DNA of 32,000 nucleotides from Candidatus Korarchaeum cryptofilum OPF8 (GCF_000019605.1 NC_010482.1:1050001-1082000), one strand, 5' to 3'; counted from the stretch's first letter, positions 8,190 to 16,764 are shown. Notes: generated by a model not told the origin, from the sequence alone. A program made the numbers and translations.

Positions 8190-9249
8190 GCTCGATTTGC
8201 TCCCCTGGTTCGGCATCAGCCAAGATTATCCTGAGCCCTATGGTCCTACCTTTAACGCGGCTAGATGCTATCACATCCCTTATCAGCTTAGCTAAATCTT
8301 CCCTCCCGACGCTCAGGGGTAGCAAGACCATATCGAGACCGGCCAAGCAATAAGGTGTTAGTAGAGCCAAATCCCTAGCTCTCATCTCTAGCCTTAACGA
8401 TAGCTCCTTCAGGAGGTCATCCTCTGCCATCGGCAGCATAGTCTCATTGAAGCCGATCCTCCTCATCCCCTCCGATGACTCCAATATGGCCTCATTTATC
8501 TCCAAGAGAGCCGAGGGCGTTCCCGGTCCTAAGAATGGGGATCTCGCGACTAGGCTGACTACCTCAGCTGCGCTCTCCTCCATCCAAGGGCTCAGGGAGA
8601 AATCTATCCCTATTATAGGGACAGCTTCACCTAATTCTCCTACCGCTTCCTCGACCCTACGCTCAGCCTCCCCGAAAACTCTCGAGAGGGCATACCTGAG
8701 AGTTAAATCCGGCTCCTCAGCTTCAGTTAAAGCCCCGTAGAGATCCGATGGGTAGAGGAGGGAGAAGCTCAATCCGAAATTTTCAGATTTAGTCAGTGGA
8801 AAATAGGGTGTTTCCGGTGGCTCTCCTGACCCCAGAGCGAACATAGTCGCATATTCAGGCCCAAGTTCCTCGGATATCCTGAAGAGGAATTCAGAGGCTC
8901 TGTAGATCTCAGAGGGATCGCTGCTAAGGGATATTGAGGTGAAATAACCACTTTTGAGTAGATTCCATGCTATTTCAAATGCTTTAGATCCCCTCCCGGA
9001 ATAAGCGGCCTTGAGATCCAGGCTCACTTCATCATAAGCCTTGGGGAGCACGACTCTAGCGGAGAGCGAGTTCAGCTTAGAGGATAGCTTCGTTAGGTAA
9101 TCGGAATAGGAGGAATAGAGCTCGGGATCATTTAAGTGGAGGGTCACAGCTCTGAATATCATAATGGAGATCATCGGAGCGATATTATAAGCTTTTACGG
9201 GACCACTCATCTCAATGCTAGCCTCGGTAAATTTTTTATAAGGGGACAT
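8152..9249 (-). CDS. Divergent DUF711/UPF0210-like paralog, function unknown
   Basis: Its C-terminal half parallels the canonical UPF0210 gene in this window:
- IDFSLSPW versus VDLSLAPT
- LPMAEDD versus IPVSEDS
- CLAGLDMVLLPLS versus CSTGIDMVPIPG
- LRIILADAEPGEQIELRRFGKVPVM versus VRLIPVPGAKEGDEVDFGGILGSSPVL

The N-terminal FRAVTLHL parallels IRAVTLGV. The start may be ATG 9210 (MSGPVKAY), 27 nt from the TATA-like box at 9232-9241. Confidence 0.6.
   Translation of the reverse strand: MSPYKKFTEASIEMSGPVKAYNIAPMISIMIFRAVTLHLNDPELYSSYSDYLTKLSSKLNSLSARVVLPKAYDEVSLDLKAAYSGRGSKAFEIAWNLLKSGYFTSISLSSDPSEIYRASEFLFRISEELGPEYATMFALGSGEPPETPYFPLTKSENFGLSFSLLYPSDLYGALTEAEEPDLTLRYALSRVFGEAERRVEEAVGELGEAVPIIGIDFSLSPWMEESAAEVVSLVARSPFLGPGTPSALLEINEAILESSEGMRRIGFNETMLPMAEDDLLKELSLRLEMRARDLALLTPYCLAGLDMVLLPLSVGREDLAKLIRDVIASSRVKGRTIGLRIILADAEPGEQIELRRFGKVPVMMP
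9232..9241. promoter_or_regulatory. Candidate bidirectional TATA-like box (TTTTTTATAA) for aglB and the DUF711-like gene
   Basis: Only 23 nt separate the maximal ORF starts (9249 and 9273). This A/T block lies inside the 5-prime end of the maximal minus ORF. It sits ~36 nt from TTG 9273, which is preceded by GAGGTGG at 9260-9266, and ~27 nt from the internal minus-strand ATG 9210. Confidence 0.3.
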
Positions 9250-9272
9250 CAGCTCATCTGAGGTGGAACAGT

Positions 9273-11297
9273 TTGGCGGATGAGGGAAGGATTAGGGGAC
9301 TAATCACGGATATCTTGGCCTTAATACTATCATATTCCCTCGGAGCCTTCATCAGGATCCTCCCTACTTTCAAGTACGGGGCCAACTTAACGGCTGATGA
9401 TCCCCTCCTCCACTATAGAATAACTGATTACTTAGTCAAGACGGGCCATCTGCCGAGCTACGATCCCCTCTCCTGGCACCCATGGAGCTACAACCCTACT
9501 GAAGTACTCCCAGTCCTCCACTATTACACTGGGGCAGCTATATACAAGCTAGTCTCCCTCTTCGGCTTCAAAGACCTCTATACGGTGGTAGTTTACATAC
9601 CCGCTTTCTTCGCTCCCCTCATCGTAATCCCCCTCTACTTAACAGCTAAGGAGCTTTGGGGGAGAGAAGCTGCGGTGATCTCAGCTTTCTCAATCTCCCT
9701 ATCTTGGGCTTACCTCAGCAGATCCCTAGCGGGTTGGTACAGGCATGAGCAGTTCGCGATACCCCTTCTCATGGCATCCCTCTATTTCACGCTGAAAGCT
9801 ATGAGGACTGATGAGGACTGGAAAGTCATAGTATACTCGGGTTTGAGCGGAGCTTTCTTAGTGTATGCCTCAGGTGTATGGGCCGGCTTCAGGGCCCTTT
9901 ACGATGGGTATGCCCTCATCCTATTCTTATTGCTCCTCTTAGATAGGCTGGATTGGAGGAAAGCCCTCGCATTGGGAATACCCCCTCTCTACGTACTCAT
10001 AGCATCTTTAGGCGCTCTATCGAATTTAGCTTACAGGAAGCTCTACATGAGTTTCGAGAGCACACTAGTATGGGCATCCCTACTCGCAGCTCTCGTCTAC
10101 TTGCTCTCTGAGAGGATTCCCAAGGTAGCTGGGAGGAGGAGGGAGGTATCTGTAGTAGCTGGCGTCGCCCTCCTCGCTATATTCCTGGGCCTCGGGATAT
10201 ATCAGCCCCTGACAGGCAGGCTCATGAGAGTGCTCTTCCCCTCTGTCAAGTTGCCTCAGGGGAACGTAGTTGAGACAGTAGCTGAGCATGGAGCTGGTGA
10301 GAGCTTCGAATCTTTCACCACTCTCCTCATTCCAGCTTCTTTAGGTCTCTTCTTCCTGATAATAGAGAGGTGGAGGAAAGATGAGGAGCTGACGCTCGCA
10401 TTGATGACCTTAATTTCCCTGTACTTCGCGGTCAGCATAGTGAGGCTTCCTCCCTTGGCTGCCCCCTTCCTAGCTTTATGCGCTGGCTACTTCACCCAGA
10501 GGCTCCTCATATTCTCCGAGCCTTATATCAAGAGGGTTAGAGCTCTGGAGAGATCTAAGGGGAGGAGAGGTGCTTCTCTTCCTCTCAAAAGGAAGATTTA
10601 CATGCTGAGAGTACCGATAATCCTCATGCTGATCCTCGTAATACTCCCTGTAGCGCTACAGGGACATATAAGGGAGTACGGAGGGAATCTATATAGCTAC
10701 GCTCTATCATATGAGGAAGCGATGAGCTATCCTTTAGGCTTCAGCGAGGGATGGATCGATGCCCTGAATTGGTTGAAGAGTAACACTAAGCCGGAGGAGA
10801 TAGCGATATCTTGGTGGGACTACGGTTACTGGATGCAGTTCGGCTCGGGGAAGGTCACTATAGCAGATGGTTTGACGATAAACTCCAGCCAGATAGCTCT
10901 AATAGCTAAGGGCTTCATGGGGCCTGAGGAGAGGATGCTAGACCTCGCGAGCAGGATGAACGCGAGCTATGTGGTCGTCGATGTCCCCGCGGAAGTCGGG
11001 AACTTCCAAGGGGGAGGGAAGTGGATAGCTATAGCTTGGATAGCAGGGGAGTTCCAGTATAGCCCCTACAGGTCGGATGAATCGAGCAAGTGGCTCACCC
11101 AAGACTTGAGGAAGTTCTTCTATTACGATAGTATGTCAGGGAGGTATATACCGACCGATTACGCCCTCAACACCACCCTATACAAGATGGCTCTCGCTTC
11201 GATAGGTTTCGGTAAGATGAACTACTTCGAGCTCGTTCACGTCGGTAAGAATCAGGGGTACGTGGAGGTAGCTATATTCAAGGTGAAGGGAGGATGA
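9273..11297 (+). CDS. aglB: Archaeal oligosaccharyltransferase AglB (STT3 family)
   Basis: 674 aa. The N-terminal half is multi-pass membrane and the C-terminal domain is soluble. The catalytic WWDYGYW motif is at 10812-10832. Start is TTG 9273, with GAGGTGG 7 nt upstream; there is no in-frame ATG nearby. Confidence 0.9.
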   Translation: MADEGRIRGLITDILALILSYSLGAFIRILPTFKYGANLTADDPLLHYRITDYLVKTGHLPSYDPLSWHPWSYNPTEVLPVLHYYTGAAIYKLVSLFGFKDLYTVVVYIPAFFAPLIVIPLYLTAKELWGREAAVISAFSISLSWAYLSRSLAGWYRHEQFAIPLLMASLYFTLKAMRTDEDWKVIVYSGLSGAFLVYASGVWAGFRALYDGYALILFLLLLLDRLDWRKALALGIPPLYVLIASLGALSNLAYRKLYMSFESTLVWASLLAALVYLLSERIPKVAGRRREVSVVAGVALLAIFLGLGIYQPLTGRLMRVLFPSVKLPQGNVVETVAEHGAGESFESFTTLLIPASLGLFFLIIERWRKDEELTLALMTLISLYFAVSIVRLPPLAAPFLALCAGYFTQRLLIFSEPYIKRVRALERSKGRRGASLPLKRKIYMLRVPIILMLILVILPVALQGHIREYGGNLYSYALSYEEAMSYPLGFSEGWIDALNWLKSNTKPEEIAISWWDYGYWMQFGSGKVTIADGLTINSSQIALIAKGFMGPEERMLDLASRMNASYVVVDVPAEVGNFQGGGKWIAIAWIAGEFQYSPYRSDESSKWLTQDLRKFFYYDSMSGRYIPTDYALNTTLYKMALASIGFGKMNYFELVHVGKNQGYVEVAIFKVKGG

Positions 11298-12394
11298 GCC
11301 TATCTTACTTCGAGAGGAGGGATCCGATAGAGAGAGAGGTTTTCATGAATTTGAGGGAGATGTTCTTATCCGAAGCCGACGATGAGCACATAAAATCTCT
11401 TCAATCTTTCTCCTTCGCTATGATAAAGCCTGATGCTTTCGCAAGGGGCTTAGCGCCGGAGATAGTTGAGAGGCTCAGGGAGAACTTCGTAATAGGGGCT
11501 ATAAAACTGACCGAGATGGATGCTCAGATGATAGACGAGCTTTACATGTTCGTGAAGCAGAGATACAGGGATTCTTGGTGGATAATGCCTAAGGTCTTCA
11601 GCCAGGCTCCTGTAGTGGCTATCATGCTAGTCAGCGAATCCGGGGAGTCCTGCCTCAAGCTGAGGGAACTCGTGGGACCCACTACTCCAGAGGCAGGGAA
11701 GCCGGGGAACCTGAGGTATGATATGAAGGGAGCTAACAGGGCCCTGAATATAATACATGCTTCTGATGATCCGGCCTCAGCCATAAGGGAAGCTCTAGTC
11801 TTCTTCGAGATGGATGAAGTATTGGATGCGATACTCTCCGAGGAGGATGCTAGCTTCGATCCCGATGAATTAGTTCCTGAGGAGCCTGTGAATCTATCTA
11901 GGTGGAAGAGCTTCAACTCGATAAAGAGCGAAGCCCTCGAATTCCTGGAGTCCGGCAGATCCAGGCTTCAGGAAGCTCTAGATAGGGAAGCCGAGATAGT
12001 AGCTAAGGATCTACCTCTAGATGATGAGAGATTGGCTTTAATGGAGGTAGAGGCTGAGATATCCTTCCTCTCATCTAAGATCTTAAGTGATCTGAATTCG
12101 GAGCTCGTGAGGATAGCTAGGATGCCGGCTTCCCTCAGCAAGGGTAAGCTGGCTGAGAGGATGGAGGACTCAATCATAGCCCTCAAGATAATCGAGCTGC
12201 TCAGCGATGAGTTGAAACTATCTAAGGAGAGGGATTTCGATAGGATACTGCTATCGGCTATCTCAATGGGCCTCATAAACTCGGAATGGGAGGAGGTGCT
12301 CCTCCACAGCACTTGGGCAGTCATGCCCCAGATGATCGGGGATCTGAGGAGGGTCAATAAACCTCTCCTCTCAGTGGAAACGGAAACATTATAA
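11294..12394 (+). CDS. Nucleoside-diphosphate-kinase-fold protein with ~190-aa unrecognised C-terminal helical/acidic domain
   Basis: Residues ~40-175 align nearly gap-free with canonical NDK:
- FAMIKPDAFARGL
- APVVAIML
- LRELVGPTTPEAGKPGNLRYD
- NIIHASDD (His155 codon at 11756-11758)
- REALVFF

The ATG overlaps the aglB stop (ATGA). An alternative start is ATG 11345. Confidence 0.75.
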   Translation: MSLSYFERRDPIEREVFMNLREMFLSEADDEHIKSLQSFSFAMIKPDAFARGLAPEIVERLRENFVIGAIKLTEMDAQMIDELYMFVKQRYRDSWWIMPKVFSQAPVVAIMLVSESGESCLKLRELVGPTTPEAGKPGNLRYDMKGANRALNIIHASDDPASAIREALVFFEMDEVLDAILSEEDASFDPDELVPEEPVNLSRWKSFNSIKSEALEFLESGRSRLQEALDREAEIVAKDLPLDDERLALMEVEAEISFLSSKILSDLNSELVRIARMPASLSKGKLAERMEDSIIALKIIELLSDELKLSKERDFDRILLSAISMGLINSEWEEVLLHSTWAVMPQMIGDLRRVNKPLLSVETETL

Positions 12395-12418
12395 TTGGGA
12401 AAAGCTATCGTTATCGAG

Positions 12419-12844
12419 ATGTTGATACAACCGTGCGAAGTCATAGTGAAGACGCTTATACCTTCCGTCAGGGCGGCTGTCTCGAGGGAGCTGATAGAGA
12501 AGCACGGCTTGAGGCAGGTGGATGTAGCGAATTTCTTGGGAGTTACGCAAGCTGCGATAAGTCAGTACATGAGGGGGGCGAGGGGAGGGATAATGGACTT
12601 GAGCTCGGATGAGGAGGTAATGGAAGTGGTTAGGAGGATCGCTGAGGGCATAGTCAAGGGGGATCTGGATAAATACGAGATATCCTTGCTAACTTGTGAG
12701 ATATGCTACCGGGTGAGGAGGAAGGGGCTCTATAGGAGCTCGGGGGTGAAGATGAAGGGGAAGTATAAGGAGGCGATAGATCTAGTTTGCAGGGAGTACG
12801 ATGAGATGAGGGAGAGGAGTGGGATACTTGAGCGGTTGAAGTGA
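12419..12844 (+). CDS. HTH (XRE-like) transcriptional regulator, COG2522-like
   Basis: Helix-turn-helix segment RQVDVANFLGVTQAAISQYMRG. The N-terminus MLIQPCEVIVKTLIPSVRAAVSREL is typical of this small archaeal regulator family. The ORF is also open from TTG 12395, directly after the upstream stop. Confidence 0.7.
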   Translation: MLIQPCEVIVKTLIPSVRAAVSRELIEKHGLRQVDVANFLGVTQAAISQYMRGARGGIMDLSSDEEVMEVVRRIAEGIVKGDLDKYEISLLTCEICYRVRRKGLYRSSGVKMKGKYKEAIDLVCREYDEMRERSGILERLK

Positions 12845-12979
12845 TCCTTCAGAGGGAACATGAGCTCTTCCAGGTAGCTTAATACACTCGAGTTCAAGTA
12901 CTCTCGAAAGGCCCGCTTACTGTTGAAGATTTTTCAGTAACCTCATTGAAATGAAATTGAAGAGAGGGCCGAGGGAAAG

Positions 12980-12987
12980 TTTTATAA
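12980..12987 (+). promoter_or_regulatory. TATA box (TTTTATAA) for the ABC transporter operon
   Basis: Preceded by purine-rich GGGAAAG (BRE-like). It lies ~45 nt upstream of ATG 13031, with a GGGGTGATGG ribosome-binding site just before the start. Confidence 0.45.
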
Positions 12988-13030
12988 GTATGACATCTTT
13001 TATTACTCCTAGCCCCTCAGGGGTGATGGT

Positions 13031-15622
13031 ATGAGTAGGAATGTGATGTACGCGATCCTATCGGCTATTCTAATAGCGCTCTTGCTCCCAGCATTCAGTC
13101 CCGTTTCAGCAGCACCAGTCGAGTTCAAACCGAACAAGTACGGCTGGTTCGACTCAATAGTCTTCTTCGGTGAGCCCGATCATGCGAAGGCAGTGGAGAT
13201 GATGATAAAGGGCGATATGGATGCATACTTCATAGACATTTCGGAACCCGATCTCTACAGGAAGATAAAGCAGAGCCCAGAGCTAGCCTATGATTTCTCC
13301 TTCGGGCTTTTCTACGATTTAACTTTCAACCCAGTCGGTCCGACATTCCCGAAGACGGGAGAGCTCAACCCCTTCAGCAACAAGAAGATAAGGGAGGCCA
13401 TGAACTACATAATCGATAGGGATTACATAGTAAATGAGATAATGGGCGGCCTAGCTATGCCTAAGTTCGTCCCGTTCGTCAAATTGCTCCCGGAGGGCCA
13501 GAGGTATCTAGATGTGATAAATAAGATAGAGAGCAAGTACGCTTACGATTTCGAGAAGGGGAAGGCTATAATAGAGAGCGAGATGAAGAAGATGGGAGCG
13601 GAGTTAGTAGGAGGGAAGTGGTACTATAAGGGCAAGCCCGTCACACTGCACTTCATAATAAGGGTTGAGGATGCCAGAAGGGCTATAGGAGATTATATCT
13701 CAAACCAATTGGAGAAGCTAGGATTTACGGTCGATAGGATGTATAAGACTAGCAAAGAGGCATCTCCTCTCTGGATAAGGGGAGATCCTGCTGAGGGTAA
13801 GTGGCATCTCTACACGGGAGGATGGATAACCACAGCTGTCAGCAGGGACGATTCAGATAACTTCCAGTTCTATTACACGCCTGATAGTTCGCAGGCCTGG
13901 AGCCCGCTCTGGCGCGCCTATAATCCCGATCCGGAGTTCAGGGATATAGCGAATAAGCTAGCTATGAAGCAGTTCAAGACGCTAGAGGAGAGAGATCAGA
14001 TGATGAGAAAAGCTCTCTGGATGGCTATGGAGGATAGCGTCAGAGTATGGATAGTGGATCAGACAGCTGTATGGGCCCGCAGGAAGGGGATAAATCTGGT
14101 AGCGGATTACGCTGCAGGTTATGCTGCAGCATCATGGGCCTTTACAGCGAATAAGGGCACGGTAGGAGGGACCGCGAGGATATCGAGCGCTGAGGTGATA
14201 ATAGATCCTTGGAACCCGGCTGGACCTAACGCTGGAGCTTCCAATTGGATATACGATAGCATGATATATGGATACGCTCTACAAGATTCAGCTTTCCTGC
14301 TCCACCCACAGACGGGTATGGCTATACCTCTTAACGTGAAGAGCGTATATATGGAAGTCGTAAAGGGAACCCCGACGCATCAGAATGAGGAGAGCAAGAA
14401 CTGGCTCACGCTGAAGTGGGTTGATAGTGTTAAAGTGCCTCCCGACGCTTGGGCTTCATGGGACGTCAAGGGGCAGCGTATGGTAACAGCGGAGGAGGCT
14501 AATGTAACTGAAGCCAAGGTGAAGTTCGTAGTCAACTATGGCCCAGTCTTGGGCAAAGTGGCTTATCATGATGGCTCCACCAGATCTCTAGCTGATTTCC
14601 TATTCGGCTACGTAGTTGATCATGAGAGGATGAACCCGGAGAGCAAGATATACGATGAATCCGTAGCTGATTACCTGAAATCCTACTACGAGCAGTTCAA
14701 GGCGTGGAGGATAATCAGCACGGATCCCCTGGTCATAGAGTACTACGTTGATTATGTACATCTAGATGCGGAGCTCATAGCATCAGCTTACACGATATGG
14801 CCCTCTATGCCATGGCACTCCTACTTCATAGGCGTGCTAGCTGAGGAGAACAAGGAGCTCGCGTTCGGCGCCGATAAAGCTAACGCCTTGAACGTCGAGT
14901 GGATGAACTACATAGCTGGACCCAGCCTCGAGATACTCAAGAAGTACTTAGATAAAGCATATAATGAGGGATTGATACCGTACCCGAACTTCTTCAAGGA
15001 CTACATAAAAGTTGAGGAAGCTAAGAGGAGGTACTCCCTCTTAAGCGACTTCTACAACAAGTACAAGCACTTCTTCGTATCTGACGGTCCTTACTACTTA
15101 GCTGCGGCTGATGCTGTAGCCCACACTTGCACGATAAAGTCTATCAGGACACTACCGTATAAGATAGAGAAGATAGCTAGGGACATAGAGGAGTTCAAGC
15201 TATTCCCGTACACATTCGTTGGGATAGGCTACGATAAGAATATAATACTTAAGTACTTCCCGACTGCTGAAGTGCTGACTGGACCATCTGGCGTTAGCTT
15301 AGTCGTCGGTGGGCCTGCTGTGAATGTGCATACGAAGGTAGCCTTCGAGAAGGCAGGGATAAAGATGGACCACAAGACTCTGAGCCTCCCGACTGGAGAG
15401 AAGTACGAGTCGAAGTACGGTAGTCTAGATTACGGTATAGCCACACTGATAGATAAGAATCTTTACGTAGCGGGCACGAGCAGGTACGGTACTGAGGCAG
15501 CGTTGCTCTACTTACTGAAGAACAAGGTGAGCGCTGGTACTATCGTCGTTAAGTGGCAGGACACCAACAGGAACGGAGCTGTGGACGAGAACGAGATATC
15601 TCTCGAGTTGCAGAAACCCTAA
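13031..15622 (+). CDS. ABC transporter substrate-binding protein, family 5 (oligopeptide/dipeptide-type), with extra C-terminal domain
   Basis: N-terminal signal-like segment MYAILSAILIALLLPAFSPVSAAP. It is the first gene of a binding protein, two permeases, two ATPases cluster, and its size and composition fit large archaeal family-5 SBPs. The C-terminal ~150 aa (VVGGPAVN...AGTSRYGTEAA) form a separate module. Confidence 0.85.
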   Translation: MSRNVMYAILSAILIALLLPAFSPVSAAPVEFKPNKYGWFDSIVFFGEPDHAKAVEMMIKGDMDAYFIDISEPDLYRKIKQSPELAYDFSFGLFYDLTFNPVGPTFPKTGELNPFSNKKIREAMNYIIDRDYIVNEIMGGLAMPKFVPFVKLLPEGQRYLDVINKIESKYAYDFEKGKAIIESEMKKMGAELVGGKWYYKGKPVTLHFIIRVEDARRAIGDYISNQLEKLGFTVDRMYKTSKEASPLWIRGDPAEGKWHLYTGGWITTAVSRDDSDNFQFYYTPDSSQAWSPLWRAYNPDPEFRDIANKLAMKQFKTLEERDQMMRKALWMAMEDSVRVWIVDQTAVWARRKGINLVADYAAGYAAASWAFTANKGTVGGTARISSAEVIIDPWNPAGPNAGASNWIYDSMIYGYALQDSAFLLHPQTGMAIPLNVKSVYMEVVKGTPTHQNEESKNWLTLKWVDSVKVPPDAWASWDVKGQRMVTAEEANVTEAKVKFVVNYGPVLGKVAYHDGSTRSLADFLFGYVVDHERMNPESKIYDESVADYLKSYYEQFKAWRIISTDPLVIEYYVDYVHLDAELIASAYTIWPSMPWHSYFIGVLAEENKELAFGADKANALNVEWMNYIAGPSLEILKKYLDKAYNEGLIPYPNFFKDYIKVEEAKRRYSLLSDFYNKYKHFFVSDGPYYLAAADAVAHTCTIKSIRTLPYKIEKIARDIEEFKLFPYTFVGIGYDKNIILKYFPTAEVLTGPSGVSLVVGGPAVNVHTKVAFEKAGIKMDHKTLSLPTGEKYESKYGSLDYGIATLIDKNLYVAGTSRYGTEAALLYLLKNKVSAGTIVVKWQDTNRNGAVDENEISLELQKP

Positions 15623-15628
15623 ACTCTC

Positions 15629-15646
15629 TTTTTTATTTCCATTTTT
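15629..15646 (+). terminator. Oligo-T tract (CTTTTTTATTTCCATTTTT) after the binding-protein gene; candidate partial terminator
   Basis: Two T-runs start 7 nt after the stop codon. Oligo-T is the known archaeal termination signal, and attenuation after the SBP gene is common in ABC operons. Confidence 0.4.
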
Positions 15647-15657
15647 AGGAGGTGATG

Positions 15658-15670
15658 CTTTAAATATTTT
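15658..15670 (+). promoter_or_regulatory. Candidate internal TATA-like box (CTTTAAATATTTT) ahead of the permease genes
   Basis: A/T-rich block ~30 nt upstream of ATG 15694, with AAGGTGAG between them. Confidence 0.3.
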
Positions 15671-15693
15671 GATGTATTATAAGGTGAGTCACC

Positions 15694-16764
15694 ATGAGGA
15701 TACCTCCGCTAGCTAAAGTGCTGATAAAGAGGGCCTTCGTCCTCTTCCTGATGGTCATTATCGTCACCTATTTGACGATATTAATAGCAAATGCTGGCGG
15801 ATATGTCGATGAGATAATGATAAGTGACATAAAGTTTAATGTCGCACAGAGAGTGAGCGCCAACCCTCTCTACAAAGGCTTGAGTATTGAGGAGAGGAAT
15901 AAGCTCATCGAGAGGCTAGTAGAGGATGAGATAAGGCTCAGGGGATTGGATAAGCCCTTCCCAATAAGGAGCCTCATATACCTATGGAACGGTTTAACTC
16001 TGGACTTAGGGAGGTCTATGTACCTGACTAGTGATACCGGCTCCAGACTGGTTAGGCTCATAATATTGGAGAGGCTCCCCCAGACAATACTCCTATTCAC
16101 TACAGCGACCGTCATAATATTCCTCATAGGGCTATTCGGGGGGCTCTACTTATCGAGGAACTTCGGTTCATTCTTGGATAAGCTGACGATATACCTCTCC
16201 CCTACATCAGCAATACCCGGCTGGTTCTACGGGATACTCCTGATCCTCATATTCTACAGCTATCTCCACGTACTGCCCCCGGGTGGGATGGTAGATTACC
16301 CACCTCCCGAAGAACCGGTAGCTTACTTCCTGAGCGTCTTGAAGCATATGATACTCCCGGTGGCAGCCTGGGTCATTTCATCATTCTTCATAGAGATATA
16401 CTACAATAGGTCATTCTTCCTCACCTACTCGACCGAGGATTATGTGGAGGCAGCTAAAGCGAAGGGAGTGCCCCCCTCTCAGATAGAGAGGAGGTACATA
16501 CTGAGGCCAGCATTACCACCGATAGTAACATCATTCGCATTCGCAGTAGTGCTATCATGGAGCGGGGCCATAATAACTGAGACTGTCTTCAATTGGCCGG
16601 GACTGGGGAGGACATTAGCTATGGCCATCGGTTTCTTCGATGTCCCTGTCATAGTCGGCATAACGGTGGTCTTCGCTTACCTAATAGCTGCTACTACATT
16701 CATACTCGAGATAATATACGGTATAGTAGATCCCAGGATAAGGGCGGGAGTTGAGGGCATATGA
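15694..16764 (+). CDS. ABC transporter permease (OppB/DppB-like)
   Basis: 356 aa with about 6 TM spans and the EAA-type loop YVEAAKAKGVPPSQIERRYILRPALPP. It overlaps the next gene by 4 nt. Confidence 0.9.
   Translation: MRIPPLAKVLIKRAFVLFLMVIIVTYLTILIANAGGYVDEIMISDIKFNVAQRVSANPLYKGLSIEERNKLIERLVEDEIRLRGLDKPFPIRSLIYLWNGLTLDLGRSMYLTSDTGSRLVRLIILERLPQTILLFTTATVIIFLIGLFGGLYLSRNFGSFLDKLTIYLSPTSAIPGWFYGILLILIFYSYLHVLPPGGMVDYPPPEEPVAYFLSVLKHMILPVAAWVISSFFIEIYYNRSFFLTYSTEDYVEAAKAKGVPPSQIERRYILRPALPPIVTSFAFAVVLSWSGAIITETVFNWPGLGRTLAMAIGFFDVPVIVGITVVFAYLIAATTFILEIIYGIVDPRIRAGVEGI

Noticed and set aside
11542-12444. Minus-strand ORFs of 124 and 158 aa opposite the NDK-like gene and the HTH gene start.
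   Set aside because: Both are Ser/Leu-rich shadow frames. The plus strand carries clear NDK and HTH motifs.
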